Shown in pieces: positions 47,770 through 56,774 of a DNA stretch of 64,000 nucleotides. Source of the DNA: a virus; IMG/VR virus record IMGVR_UViG_3300007346_000025, positions 1-64,000 of that record, one strand, 5' to 3'. The notes beneath the pieces were generated by a model. It ran no database searches. It was not told the DNA's origin and saw only the letters and a program-made list of their open reading frames with translations. Numbering within the stretch: the first letter of the stretch is position 1; each line of letters begins with the position of its first letter. Position numbers and translations under genes: made by a program.

Positions 47770-48951
47770 TTATAATTCTAATTTTATTACTTGACCTGGT
47801 AATTCTTCATTCATGTCTGATCTCTCTGACAAAACCCACAGAACTCTGCTTCTTGGTTTTACAGATGTATAACACTCACCGTCAGTAAAATACACCAGGC
47901 TAGTATATTTCTTAAGGTTTGCATTGTAATAGTCTAGGACGGGATCAAATTCAGTCCCACCTCTTCCATGTACTTTTAGATCATTTTTACCCTTATAAGG
48001 CTCAATAGACCGGATACTTGTATCACATTGTACTATAGTAATATCAACACCTGCTTTATGGATATGATGTATCTCATTCATAAACTCAGCAAGTTCATCA
48101 TTACTTACAGATCCAGAAGTATCAATAGCCAATAACATATGTTGTTTCATCTTGATTTTAAGACCAGGATTCTCTTCATATCTACGGTTCTCTTTTCTTC
48201 TAATCTTCTTTGTAAAGATTTTAGTACTTGTGCCAGTGAATCTTCTAAGATATCCTTTCCAATCAAACTTGGGCTTGGTAAACTCTTCAACAACAATAAG
48301 TCCTTCAATCTCACCAGGAACATTACCACGTTTCTTAATGGTCTGTTCTTTAGCATCACTTAGAATCTTTTGTACTTGTTTCTCAATGAGTTTCTTCTCA
48401 GCTTCAGAAAGATCATTAAACTCTTCCCATGTAGAATGATCTGGTATGTCTCCATTTGCTATATCATCAAGCAATTGGTCCATACCCTGATTACCTGTAC
48501 TACCTTTCTTTTCTTTCTCATCTTGAAGACGGAGAAGCTGGTCATAGTAATATCTACAACCAGCTTTTTTATCTAGATTGAGTTCTGCATAGTCATCAAT
48601 ATTGATACCTCCTTCTGGCAGCCAAGAGGCTTCAATATACTGATTAATCTCCATATCCATTGCAACATTTGCAAGTTTTTTGTTACTAAAAGAACCAAAA
48701 CTTACAAGGTGTCCAAATGCAATATGAAGTAATTCATGTTTCAGTAAACCCATTTTATGATCATCACTTAGTCCAGTCCAGAATTCTTCATTAATGGCTA
48801 ACTGATAATTAATATTGTGCTTACTTACACCTGCAGTAGGGAGATCTTTTCTCCATACTTTATTCAACATAATGAGAAAGAACCCATAATAGGGCTCTTT
48901 CAACATTAGTTCTTTACTTATTTTACTAAGGCTTTGTACTTTGTCCATCAT
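47770..48951 (-). CDS. Metallopeptidase-like plus vWA domain protein (DUF2201-like)
   Basis: HELLH zincin motif; NVAMDMEINQ; MIDAS DTSGS; GRGGTEF; YFTDG. Confidence 0.88.
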   Translation of the reverse strand: MMDKVQSLSKISKELMLKEPYYGFFLIMLNKVWRKDLPTAGVSKHNINYQLAINEEFWTGLSDDHKMGLLKHELLHIAFGHLVSFGSFSNKKLANVAMDMEINQYIEASWLPEGGINIDDYAELNLDKKAGCRYYYDQLLRLQDEKEKKGSTGNQGMDQLLDDIANGDIPDHSTWEEFNDLSEAEKKLIEKQVQKILSDAKEQTIKKRGNVPGEIEGLIVVEEFTKPKFDWKGYLRRFTGTSTKIFTKKIRRKENRRYEENPGLKIKMKQHMLLAIDTSGSVSNDELAEFMNEIHHIHKAGVDITIVQCDTSIRSIEPYKGKNDLKVHGRGGTEFDPVLDYYNANLKKYTSLVYFTDGECYTSVKPRSRVLWVLSERSDMNEELPGQVIKLEL

Positions 48952-49333
48952 CTTTGATTTTCACATCAATGCTTATTTGATTCATATCATACCCTATCTG
49001 ACCCAACATACTTGTTAGATCTCTGACAAAGTTTTCTATGAACAGCTCAACCAAAAGCTTATCAGCTCCGTGTGTAGTTAATAATCCTAGTACTCTTGCA
49101 CTAGATAGTGCTCCTATTTGTTCAGATATAACTGGCATAAGTACTTTATAAGATTTTGGTGCTTGTTTTTCCCATTCACCATGATCTCTTTTAGAATACT
49201 TATATAATACAATTAACTCCGGTGCAGTTAAACCACTACTTTCTATTGCCTGAAAAGCAATAACATGGTTATCTGCATCTGAAGAGTTAAACATAGAAAT
49301 CAGATTGTTTAATTCAGCTTTACTAAGTTTCAT
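48926..49333 (-). CDS. Hypothetical protein (135 aa) with N-terminal SxDxDN helix
   Basis: Translationally coupled ORF; MFNSSDADNHVIA. Confidence 0.7.
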   Translation of the reverse strand: MKLSKAELNNLISMFNSSDADNHVIAFQAIESSGLTAPELIVLYKYSKRDHGEWEKQAPKSYKVLMPVISEQIGALSSARVLGLLTTHGADKLLVELFIENFVRDLTSMLGQIGYDMNQISIDVKIKDDGQSTKP

Positions 49334-49674
49334 TAGTCTTCAATTTTAAGTGTTTTAATCATCCATTCTGTGGGTTTGTTTATATTATCTACCCACTCTT
49401 TTGCACTTGGGATATATCCATTACAGTCTTCTTTTACATGCTGTTCTCCAATATATCTTACGTACACTTTCTTACCATCAGAGTTTTCAATTATTTGACC
49501 GAAGACTTTCTCACATTCAAATATTCCCTCACTATGGTGACGGAACATTCTATGTTTACTATGACCAATCCATGCTTTTGTAGCATCAAACCACTCATGA
49601 ATCTCTAAATAATCTAACCAAGAACCACCAAACTTTCTAGCTGATGATTTTGCATGTTCTACAGGATGTGACAT
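49333..49674 (-). CDS. DUF6915-like His-rich protein
   Basis: HPVEHAKSSARKFGG...IHEWFD...HRMFRHHSEGIF...GEQHVKED. Confidence 0.75.
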   Translation of the reverse strand: MSHPVEHAKSSARKFGGSWLDYLEIHEWFDATKAWIGHSKHRMFRHHSEGIFECEKVFGQIIENSDGKKVYVRYIGEQHVKEDCNGYIPSAKEWVDNINKPTEWMIKTLKIED

Positions 49675-49676
49675 AA

Positions 49677-50093
49677 TTATAAAGATTGATCAATTAAAGA
49701 ACCATCATGATTAAATGTTTCCACTTCAGTGATTCTAATATTATTTTCTAATTGATACTTACCAGATGGTATTAGAATGCACATTGTACCATAGCCACCA
49801 TCATTGTTCCACCAATCTTCTACATCATTCAAGATCTTTTCTTCAGCAAAATTTGAAATATCAGAACATAAACCTGAGTCAAGAACACTTAGATTTTGTG
49901 GTCCTGGATCCCATGGATTTAATGATTTAATTTCATCAAATGCATCTTCTTCATTTTCAGGTAGTTTATCTGTTGTATAAAGTACTTCCTCTATTGCTCC
50001 AGAGTCTCCACCGCCTTCATAACGTACTTGGATACCAGTCACACCAAGGTCAGCCAACTGAATCAGGAGGCTTGTCATCATTGTTTCATTCAT
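49677..50093 (-). CDS. DUF6878-like protein
   Basis: V.YEGGGDSGAIE and DWWNNDGGYG motifs; adjacent to the DUF6915-like gene. Confidence 0.7.
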   Translation of the reverse strand: MNETMMTSLLIQLADLGVTGIQVRYEGGGDSGAIEEVLYTTDKLPENEEDAFDEIKSLNPWDPGPQNLSVLDSGLCSDISNFAEEKILNDVEDWWNNDGGYGTMCILIPSGKYQLENNIRITEVETFNHDGSLIDQSL

Positions 50094-50095
50094 AA

Positions 50096-50521
50096 CTATT
50101 TAATTTTGTAAAACCTGCCAAGGATATTGGCATTTAAATATTCTTCTTTTTCTAGTACCTCTCTTGTAAATTGGTACTTAGTCTCATGATATGTTAGTTC
50201 TGTCTTAGAAAAACAGATTCTTACCATGAACCTTTTAATGGGAATTCCATTCTTATGTGCATCTTGTAGCACTTTATTGCTACTGTAATAATTCTGATAG
50301 TTAGGTTTTACCTGGATAGTATACTTCTTTGCACGTTTGTCTTCCATATTAGCAACAGCTCTCTTACCAAACTTCTTTTTAGTTGTGGAATAAAAGTTCT
50401 TCTTGCCAACATATCTAACAGACTTACCATCAATGATAGCTTCCATCTCATATATAAACCCAACGGCTCCTTCTGGGATCTTGCTATCATTAAATACTTC
50501 TCCTTTGTATAACCAACTCAT
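50096..50521 (-). CDS. GIY-YIG family nuclease (T4 endonuclease II-like)
   Basis: GFIY...YVGKK, YYSS, conserved E, YLNANILG. Confidence 0.75.
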   Translation of the reverse strand: MSWLYKGEVFNDSKIPEGAVGFIYEMEAIIDGKSVRYVGKKNFYSTTKKKFGKRAVANMEDKRAKKYTIQVKPNYQNYYSSNKVLQDAHKNGIPIKRFMVRICFSKTELTYHETKYQFTREVLEKEEYLNANILGRFYKIK

Positions 50522-51495
50522 ACTGCTTGTTTTAGTAAAGATAATAATTTATCTCTAACAGCTTCAACACCATGATCTTTCACAGAATCTGATAGATCTT
50601 TAGACATGTCAAGATTAATAGATTTAATACCATACTTATCTTGATATCTTTTAGCAGCCTTAAGACCAGGTTCATCATTATCAAACAGTACAATTATAGA
50701 ATTATACCGTTTACTAAGTGATTTGATGATAGACTCACCTATCATAGTATTCTCACTGTCTGGAGCAATGCATTCTATATTACCAATACCAAGTCTTCTA
50801 AAGCTCATAAGGTCTTTAAGAGAAGACACAATCAGTAAATACTTAGAATCATACTTCAGTTGATCCATACCTTGAGTATAGTTCTGGATCTTAATAAACT
50901 TTTTCTCAGGAACCTTTGGCATATAAATTTTATAGAGCTCACCATCTTCACGGAAATAACCATAAACATAGGGTCTAGAAAACTTATAGCTTGTAATAGA
51001 ACCATCTGGTTCAGTCTTAGACATTGTAAAGAATTCCAATGGAACTACATTATACTGACTTAAGATACTAGAACCAATTTTAAATTGTGTCCAATACTTT
51101 TGGTCTAATGTATTCCAGTGTCTCATTTCAAAATCTACAACTTTGAACTTATCATAGAACTGTATAGGACCTCTTTCTACAGGTGCATTATGTTTTAAAT
51201 ACTCCTGATAATCACTTAATATGCGTGAAATAGACTTAATTCTAGTATCATATTGAAATAAATACTTAACAAGTTCTATTTGGTCACCCTGAAATCCTGA
51301 AGAAAAATCCTTGAACTTATACTTACCATTATCTTGATAAACAAACATGCTAGGCACTTTATCTTTAACATTAAATGCAGATAGCATCTTTATGTTCTGT
51401 CCTGTAAGTTTTTCTCTTAAGTTCAAATAATACTCAAATACCCATTCTTTAGGTACTTCATCTAAATCAGATATAATATTCCTTGTTAAAATCAT
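50518..51495 (-). CDS. dnaG: DNA primase (crAss-like DnaG/TOPRIM)
   Basis: FKDFSSG, KIYMP, SSLKDLM, APDSE, LFDNDEPG, KDLSD; ATG at 51495. Confidence 0.85.
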   Translation of the reverse strand: MILTRNIISDLDEVPKEWVFEYYLNLREKLTGQNIKMLSAFNVKDKVPSMFVYQDNGKYKFKDFSSGFQGDQIELVKYLFQYDTRIKSISRILSDYQEYLKHNAPVERGPIQFYDKFKVVDFEMRHWNTLDQKYWTQFKIGSSILSQYNVVPLEFFTMSKTEPDGSITSYKFSRPYVYGYFREDGELYKIYMPKVPEKKFIKIQNYTQGMDQLKYDSKYLLIVSSLKDLMSFRRLGIGNIECIAPDSENTMIGESIIKSLSKRYNSIIVLFDNDEPGLKAAKRYQDKYGIKSINLDMSKDLSDSVKDHGVEAVRDKLLSLLKQAV

Positions 51496-51508
51496 AACCA
51501 ATAAAATA

Positions 51509-51565
51509 TAAAGGGGGAGCCCTTGATTTCAGTTGAAATGTTATTAACTAAAAACTCCCCCTTTA
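51509..51565. other. 11-bp perfect inverted repeat with 35-nt loop containing an inner hairpin
   Basis: TAAAGGGGGAG (51509-51519) / CTCCCCCTTTA (51555-51565); inner ATTTC-AGTT-GAAAT. Confidence 0.7.
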
Positions 51566-51578
51566 AAAAGAGTAAGTA

Positions 51579-52259
51579 TTAGTCTAAACTAAAATCAGAA
51601 GATGTCTTTGAACTCTGAAAAACATCATCATCCCCAAAAGATTTAACTTCTTTAACTTCTAATTTCTTAAGATGTTTAGTTTCATCATAAGGAATAACTA
51701 CACCACCCTCAATAGCACCAAAGGCATATTTCTTACCTTCAGCTTTTGGAAGCCACATGTCATAATTAGTATAACCTGTCTTGCCTTCATATTCTTTACC
51801 AGCAACACAGAATTCTAAGAACTTACCTCTAAAGTCTGCAGTATCATTGAATGCTTTAACAAAGTCTTCAATTGTTTCATGCTGACCATCTTGTTCAAGA
51901 AACCATGAGTCAAGTTCCATAGCATGAGCCAAAGTCCTTAAGAAAATCAAAATAGATCTATCTCTCTGAATTTTAATACCAGATTTAGTTTCACCATCTG
52001 CAAATGCATATTGACTTGCTTTAACTCTACCAATCTGACCCTCATATCTTCCTTTGCTTTCATCATCTTTGTCAATAAGAAAACCTTCAAAACCTTCAAT
52101 AGGTTGAGTTTCTACATGTAACATAAGATGATATGCACCATCAATAAATCTAAAATCTTCTAGCTCAATGCTATTAATTTTTAATACATGATTACCTGGG
52201 GTAATTGTTTTTGGTAGTCCTGAGCCTCCTGTGCCCAAATCAGTTGTGCTTAATGCCAT
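51579..52259 (-). CDS. Putative single-stranded DNA-binding protein
   Basis: Lies between the Sak4-like ATPase and primase; beta-rich; acidic-aromatic tail (DDDVF...DFSLD). Confidence 0.5.
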   Translation of the reverse strand: MALSTTDLGTGGSGLPKTITPGNHVLKINSIELEDFRFIDGAYHLMLHVETQPIEGFEGFLIDKDDESKGRYEGQIGRVKASQYAFADGETKSGIKIQRDRSILIFLRTLAHAMELDSWFLEQDGQHETIEDFVKAFNDTADFRGKFLEFCVAGKEYEGKTGYTNYDMWLPKAEGKKYAFGAIEGGVVIPYDETKHLKKLEVKEVKSFGDDDVFQSSKTSSDFSLD

Positions 52260-52278
52260 TTTTCTTAAAATTTAATTG

Positions 52279-53001
52279 TTAAATAAAAACTTTGTCCCAG
52301 TGAAATTCTAACTCACCAGATTCATTCATCTCTGTTACCACTATTTCTTCATTACGTAAGTGTTCAGGTCTTGCACCGCAAGTTACCTCTTCACTTGTTT
52401 TAAATGACAAAATAGTTTTGTTTCCTTTTCTATACATATAACCTATTGCATCTGCGTTAGCACAGATCAAAGACTTAATCTTACCTGTCAAATCAATGTT
52501 TGCAGCAAGAACCATCTCACCTTTATCATCTACCTGTTTGTCTTTAATGTGACCAGATAGAATAATATGGGGTGCTAATGTATCAATAAAATCTAAAACT
52601 TGAAAGAAAGCTTGTCTTAAATATAAATATCCTGCACCATTTGGTAAGGATAAGACATTATCTCCATCATAGTTTTTACCCATGCTTGTAGCACGGTAAA
52701 GTTTAATTGCAAGAGGCATAACCATATCTTCTAATGCAGTTACAGTATCTATTGTAACATACTTGTATGGATTACCTGCTGCTTTGATTGCTTTTCCTGC
52801 ATCTAACAACTCTTGTAAAGAACCAATCTTTACTTTGAGTGCTTCTACATAATCAGCACCATTCTCTAAATCAAGAATTAAATTGTCTTCAAGACCAGCA
52901 AATGCTGTAGTCTTACCAGTCTTTGGCTTTGAATAAATAATTAATCTCTTTGGATTAACTCTCTCAGCTTTGACTTTCTTAGTTGGAAGTACTATACTCA
53001 T
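52279..53001 (-). CDS. AAA_24 / Sak4-like ATPase (recombinase)
   Basis: YSKPKTGKTT, LDLENG, VTIDTVT, GAGY, ILSGH and ADAIGY motifs. Confidence 0.82.
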   Translation of the reverse strand: MSIVLPTKKVKAERVNPKRLIIYSKPKTGKTTAFAGLEDNLILDLENGADYVEALKVKIGSLQELLDAGKAIKAAGNPYKYVTIDTVTALEDMVMPLAIKLYRATSMGKNYDGDNVLSLPNGAGYLYLRQAFFQVLDFIDTLAPHIILSGHIKDKQVDDKGEMVLAANIDLTGKIKSLICANADAIGYMYRKGNKTILSFKTSEEVTCGARPEHLRNEEIVVTEMNESGELEFHWDKVFI

Positions 53002-53002
53002 A

Positions 53003-53590
53003 TCACTTTAATTTTTGTGCTAGTTTTTGAAAGTCTCCAGCTATTCTTAAAAGTATATCAGATGCAGACTCATCAATAGATAAATCTTCTTTAGTATCTT
53101 TAAGTTTTGGAATATACTGTTCTTCAAAATCTGGAAATACTGATAAAGTAACTTGTTCTTTAGGAGCTTCAGCTTTTCTTTTCTCATAAAGATTATAAGT
53201 AATCTCTTCACCATCAGGCATAATAACCATTAATTCAGATATTGGAACTATATAAGCTTGATATGATTCACCTGCTGTATTTGTACCATCCCTAACATCA
53301 TATTCTTCTGAATAATAAGGATTGAATTTACATTTAAAAAGAGGTCTGTCATCATAGGCAGGTTCAATGTTTTTGTCTCTACCAGATTCATCTCTAACAA
53401 TATCAATGAATTCAATATAGACATCCTCACCTCTCTTTAATTCACTTTCAAATAACTGAACCTGTTTGCCATACTTACCTTTCTGAAAGAAAGCAGTTTT
53501 TAGGACAAAATAAGGATCAGAAATTTGAGCTTTTCTAAACTTATCAGCTTGATAAGCAAAGAACTCTTTTTCTTTTTCTTTTCTGGTCAT
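53003..53590 (-). CDS. Hypothetical protein (195 aa)
   Basis: ORF between dnaB and the Sak4-like gene; no motif recognised. Confidence 0.7.
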   Translation of the reverse strand: MTRKEKEKEFFAYQADKFRKAQISDPYFVLKTAFFQKGKYGKQVQLFESELKRGEDVYIEFIDIVRDESGRDKNIEPAYDDRPLFKCKFNPYYSEEYDVRDGTNTAGESYQAYIVPISELMVIMPDGEEITYNLYEKRKAEAPKEQVTLSVFPDFEEQYIPKLKDTKEDLSIDESASDILLRIAGDFQKLAQKLK

Positions 53591-53592
53591 AA

Positions 53593-54588
53593 TTATAATT
53601 TAATTTTAGTTGCTTGTGGAGGTGTTTCTATTTCAACTATCCTCATGTTTTCTCTATCTAGCTTAAAGAAGCTTAACCTAGTTGTTCCATTCCTGGATTT
53701 TAAGAAGTGAAATGCAAGAAGATCTTCATCATTCACTATAAATCTTTCAGGACCATAGAACCTAATCTTTCTGATAGAAGGTTTATTAATACCAAGTACT
53801 ACATCAGCATGTTGTAATAGAGCATCTGCTCCAAATAAATCAGAATCTAATACATAATTACCATAGTCACCATCTTTGGATCTCTCCGGATTATCTATAT
53901 TTCTATTCAACTGACTCAATATAAGAAATGCCACAGGATAGTGTTTTTTCATATATGTCATGGCTTCACCAAGAGCATATAGTACTTCAAACTTATCTCT
54001 CTGACCTTTTCCTACTTTAAGTAAAGCTGAGTGGTCAATAGTAACCAGAGCATTTGTGTAGTTACCTGCATCATCCTTATGTGCTTCCATATAATAATGT
54101 ATAGTAGCACACATTTCATCAACAGTACACGGATCATATACTACATCTATGACATCAGTATTTTCTGTTTGTTCATAATACTGCACACACCTTAGGTATA
54201 GATCCTTATCCACAGGTTCACCCTTGCTCATTAATGTATTGTAATCAGAACCTGTATTCAGACTCAGCTTTCTGATACCATTGGTCTCATCAAGCATTTC
54301 AAACTGGAACTTAAGGACTCTAAACTTATGGTCTTTATTCTCTTCAATAATATCAGAAATTAACTGTTCCATAAATAAAGTCTTACCTGTTCCTGGTCTA
54401 GCACCAACTACGGTGATAGTTCTCCATTCCAATCCATCACAGAAGGCATCATTAAACTTGGGCCATGAACTTTTGAGGGATTTGAGTTCACCAGATCTCC
54501 TAGCCTTCATCTTAAGGATAGCTTTTCTTAGAGCATCTCTCTCACTCACAGGCTTCAGAGCCCGGGCACCGTTAAATAATTCTGCCAT
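53593..54588 (-). CDS. dnaB: DnaB-like replicative helicase (SF4, C-terminal domain only)
   Basis: GARPGTGKT, FEM, IDH, LSQLNR, ADVVL, KSRNG. Confidence 0.9.
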   Translation of the reverse strand: MAELFNGARALKPVSERDALRKAILKMKARRSGELKSLKSSWPKFNDAFCDGLEWRTITVVGARPGTGKTLFMEQLISDIIEENKDHKFRVLKFQFEMLDETNGIRKLSLNTGSDYNTLMSKGEPVDKDLYLRCVQYYEQTENTDVIDVVYDPCTVDEMCATIHYYMEAHKDDAGNYTNALVTIDHSALLKVGKGQRDKFEVLYALGEAMTYMKKHYPVAFLILSQLNRNIDNPERSKDGDYGNYVLDSDLFGADALLQHADVVLGINKPSIRKIRFYGPERFIVNDEDLLAFHFLKSRNGTTRLSFFKLDRENMRIVEIETPPQATKIKL

Positions 54589-54599
54589 AATTAAGGATT

Positions 54600-54770
54600 T
54601 TATTCTTGTAGTTTAAGTTTTATGTCATTATATGCATAATGAGAAAAACCTACTATAAACTCAATTGCTAAGAACTGTAGAAAGTTCATATCAATTAGAG
54701 CTGTTTTAACTAGTAGCCAAGATAGAATACTACCTACACATGCTACTATAAACATTTTAAATCTAATCAT
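54600..54770 (-). CDS. 56-aa two-helix membrane protein (not in ORF track)
   Basis: Manual translation: MIRFKMFIVACVGSILSWLLVKTALIDMNFLQFLAIEFIVGFSHYAYNDIKLKLQE*. Confidence 0.55.
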   Translation of the reverse strand: MIRFKMFIVACVGSILSWLLVKTALIDMNFLQFLAIEFIVGFSHYAYNDIKLKLQE

Positions 54771-55354
54771 ACTATATTCTCTTTAAAAAATACTGTTTGT
54801 TGATAATCATCTCTTAAAATCATATCACAATAAGTTGCTAGAGTAGAATCCCAGGTTTTATCTGTATTCTGTTTTCTAATAAAATATTGTGAGTTTCTCA
54901 TGTAGTTGTATTTAGTTATAGAATACTCCTCTACATATAACTCAGTAGCTTGAATAACTGTATCCCAAGTATAATCAAATTCCTGAAAGAACCATCTAAA
55001 TGCATTTTCTAAACTCTTTACATTAACTCTTGCATAAACACCACTTGGCAACTTGGTTGCTGGAAATAGTTCATTATAAGTTTTAATGTTCTCTAGGAAA
55101 CTATCACCCATAAGGGCTTTAGATGTTTTCTTCTTAGATTTCTTGAAATAGCCTTCAATTTCTTGTATAAATTTAAGGGTATTACCTGATAATTCCAAAT
55201 TTTCTGTAAGGTAATTACCTGATTTTAATCTAGAAACTTCTAGAGAAGCATTAACTGATTTATCAGGTACAACTTTATTATACATACAGTACAATACATA
55301 AAAAGAATTAGGTGTTAAACCTGCTTTAATTAGTTTATTAAATACTTCTTGCAT
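54767..55354 (-). CDS. Putative replication initiator / helicase-loader-like protein
   Basis: Upstream of dnaB; N-terminal wHTH-like region and YNELFP...YMRNSQYFI C-terminal block. Function is inferred. Confidence 0.45.
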   Translation of the reverse strand: MQEVFNKLIKAGLTPNSFYVLYCMYNKVVPDKSVNASLEVSRLKSGNYLTENLELSGNTLKFIQEIEGYFKKSKKKTSKALMGDSFLENIKTYNELFPATKLPSGVYARVNVKSLENAFRWFFQEFDYTWDTVIQATELYVEEYSITKYNYMRNSQYFIRKQNTDKTWDSTLATYCDMILRDDYQQTVFFKENIV

Positions 55355-56049
55355 TACCAGTGAATTGTGTAATTATACAAATGTTTAACAGTAGTCTGTA
55401 CATCTTGAAAGACTCCTTTAGAATCCCATTTACTACCATTATAAGCAGCACTTGCAGGATGTGAGACTATAAATTTAGTACAATTTTCTCCACATACCTC
55501 TACCCACTCTTGAGATTTTTTACCCATATAAACATAAACTAGTCCAGGACAAAAGTTTTTGAGATAGTCAAATACATATGCAACAAATGGAGCCCACAGT
55601 TCATAATGCTTACCAATCTTACCAACTTCAGTTGTAAGAGCTGTATTAAGCATAAGTATACCCTGTCGGGACCATTTTGATAGATCCAGTGGTCTTTCAT
55701 ATCCGTCTGGGTATAATTTTTCAACTTCATTAAGAATAAACTTTAAAGAAGGCTGTTCTTTTTGAGACTTACTACAACTAAATGCAATACCATCTGCTAC
55801 ACCTAATGTAGGATAAGGATCTTGTCCAACCATTACAACTTTTAAATCATCATAAGGACATTCCTCAAATGCTCTAAATAAGTCTTTAAGCACCGGAGTA
55901 AATCTTTGCCCACTATTAGACATATTGTATAAATCAGTTAGAATCTTTTCAAATTCTAAACTAAATATAAATGGTTTAAGAACTCTTCCCCAACCACTAG
56001 GTTCAAGTTTATTAAATATTTTTTGTTTATATTCTTCAATATCAATCAT
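55354..56049 (-). CDS. ung: Uracil-DNA glycosylase, family 1
   Basis: KVVMVGQDPYP, ADGIAFS, QGILMLNTALT, SHPAS. Confidence 0.93.
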   Translation of the reverse strand: MIDIEEYKQKIFNKLEPSGWGRVLKPFIFSLEFEKILTDLYNMSNSGQRFTPVLKDLFRAFEECPYDDLKVVMVGQDPYPTLGVADGIAFSCSKSQKEQPSLKFILNEVEKLYPDGYERPLDLSKWSRQGILMLNTALTTEVGKIGKHYELWAPFVAYVFDYLKNFCPGLVYVYMGKKSQEWVEVCGENCTKFIVSHPASAAYNGSKWDSKGVFQDVQTTVKHLYNYTIHW

Positions 56050-56079
56050 ATTAATGTATATTTGTTAAAAGTAATTACA

Positions 56080-56382
56080 ATGGCCACAGTAAAAGAATTA
56101 AAAGATGATGCATTAGTTGAAATTAAAATCAATAAATCATTTTACTATATGCTTAAAAATACCCTATATAATTTATTTGTAAATATTAAAGGGGATAAAC
56201 CAGAAGAAAAAGAAGAATACATAAAAGAAATTATGTCTAAATCTTATTCTGAATTATCTGAAGAGCAAAAATCTTTTTTTACAGTTACTCTTGCTATTCT
56301 TGAAGTTGAAAGAGTAGCTCAAGAACAAAATCTTTTTGAAGAAAAAGAAATTACTCTTCCTAAAGATATTAAGAAAGATTAA
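56080..56382 (+). CDS. Hypothetical protein (100 aa), + strand island
   Basis: Start at MATVKE (56080), preceded by GTATATTTG (56056-56064), which matches the Bacteroidota TAnnTTTG -7 element. Confidence 0.65.
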   Translation: MATVKELKDDALVEIKINKSFYYMLKNTLYNLFVNIKGDKPEEKEEYIKEIMSKSYSELSEEQKSFFTVTLAILEVERVAQEQNLFEEKEITLPKDIKKD

Positions 56383-56743
56383 TATTAAACTCCTTACCAA
56401 TTTCTATACAAGCTTCAATAGCTAGTATTAACTGACTCTTACTACAGTCTCCAAAAGACTTACAGTATTCCATGCCATCATCATCAAAACAGAGACCGGC
56501 ATGTTTCTTTACAATTACTTTCATCTCACTAAAAGTATATCCTGATTCCTTTGCCAGTTCACGGATACAAGCATGCACTTTAGCAATCTGTGCAGCAGAT
56601 TTATCATTAGAAGAAAGGTCCATAAATACTTCTATTTCCTGTCCTTCAGAAAGTTTATCAAGAAAAATCTGGTAATTTAATTTGGATTTGTCATCTGGAT
56701 AAACTAACTTCCCGGCACGTTTCACTAATTTTGAAGTAAACAT
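56369..56743 (-). CDS. NinB/Orf-like recombination protein
   Basis: KSAAQIAKVHACIRELAKESGYTFSEMK...KSFGDCSKSQL resembles the NinB pattern. Confidence 0.5.
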   Translation of the reverse strand: MFTSKLVKRAGKLVYPDDKSKLNYQIFLDKLSEGQEIEVFMDLSSNDKSAAQIAKVHACIRELAKESGYTFSEMKVIVKKHAGLCFDDDGMEYCKSFGDCSKSQLILAIEACIEIGKEFNINLS

Positions 56744-56774
56744 AAGCTGATTTTTTAGTATATTATTAATAGAT

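Noticed and set aside
54600-54770. Holin assignment for the 56-aa membrane protein
   Set aside because: It sits in the replication block with no adjacent endolysin; hydrophobicity alone is not enough.
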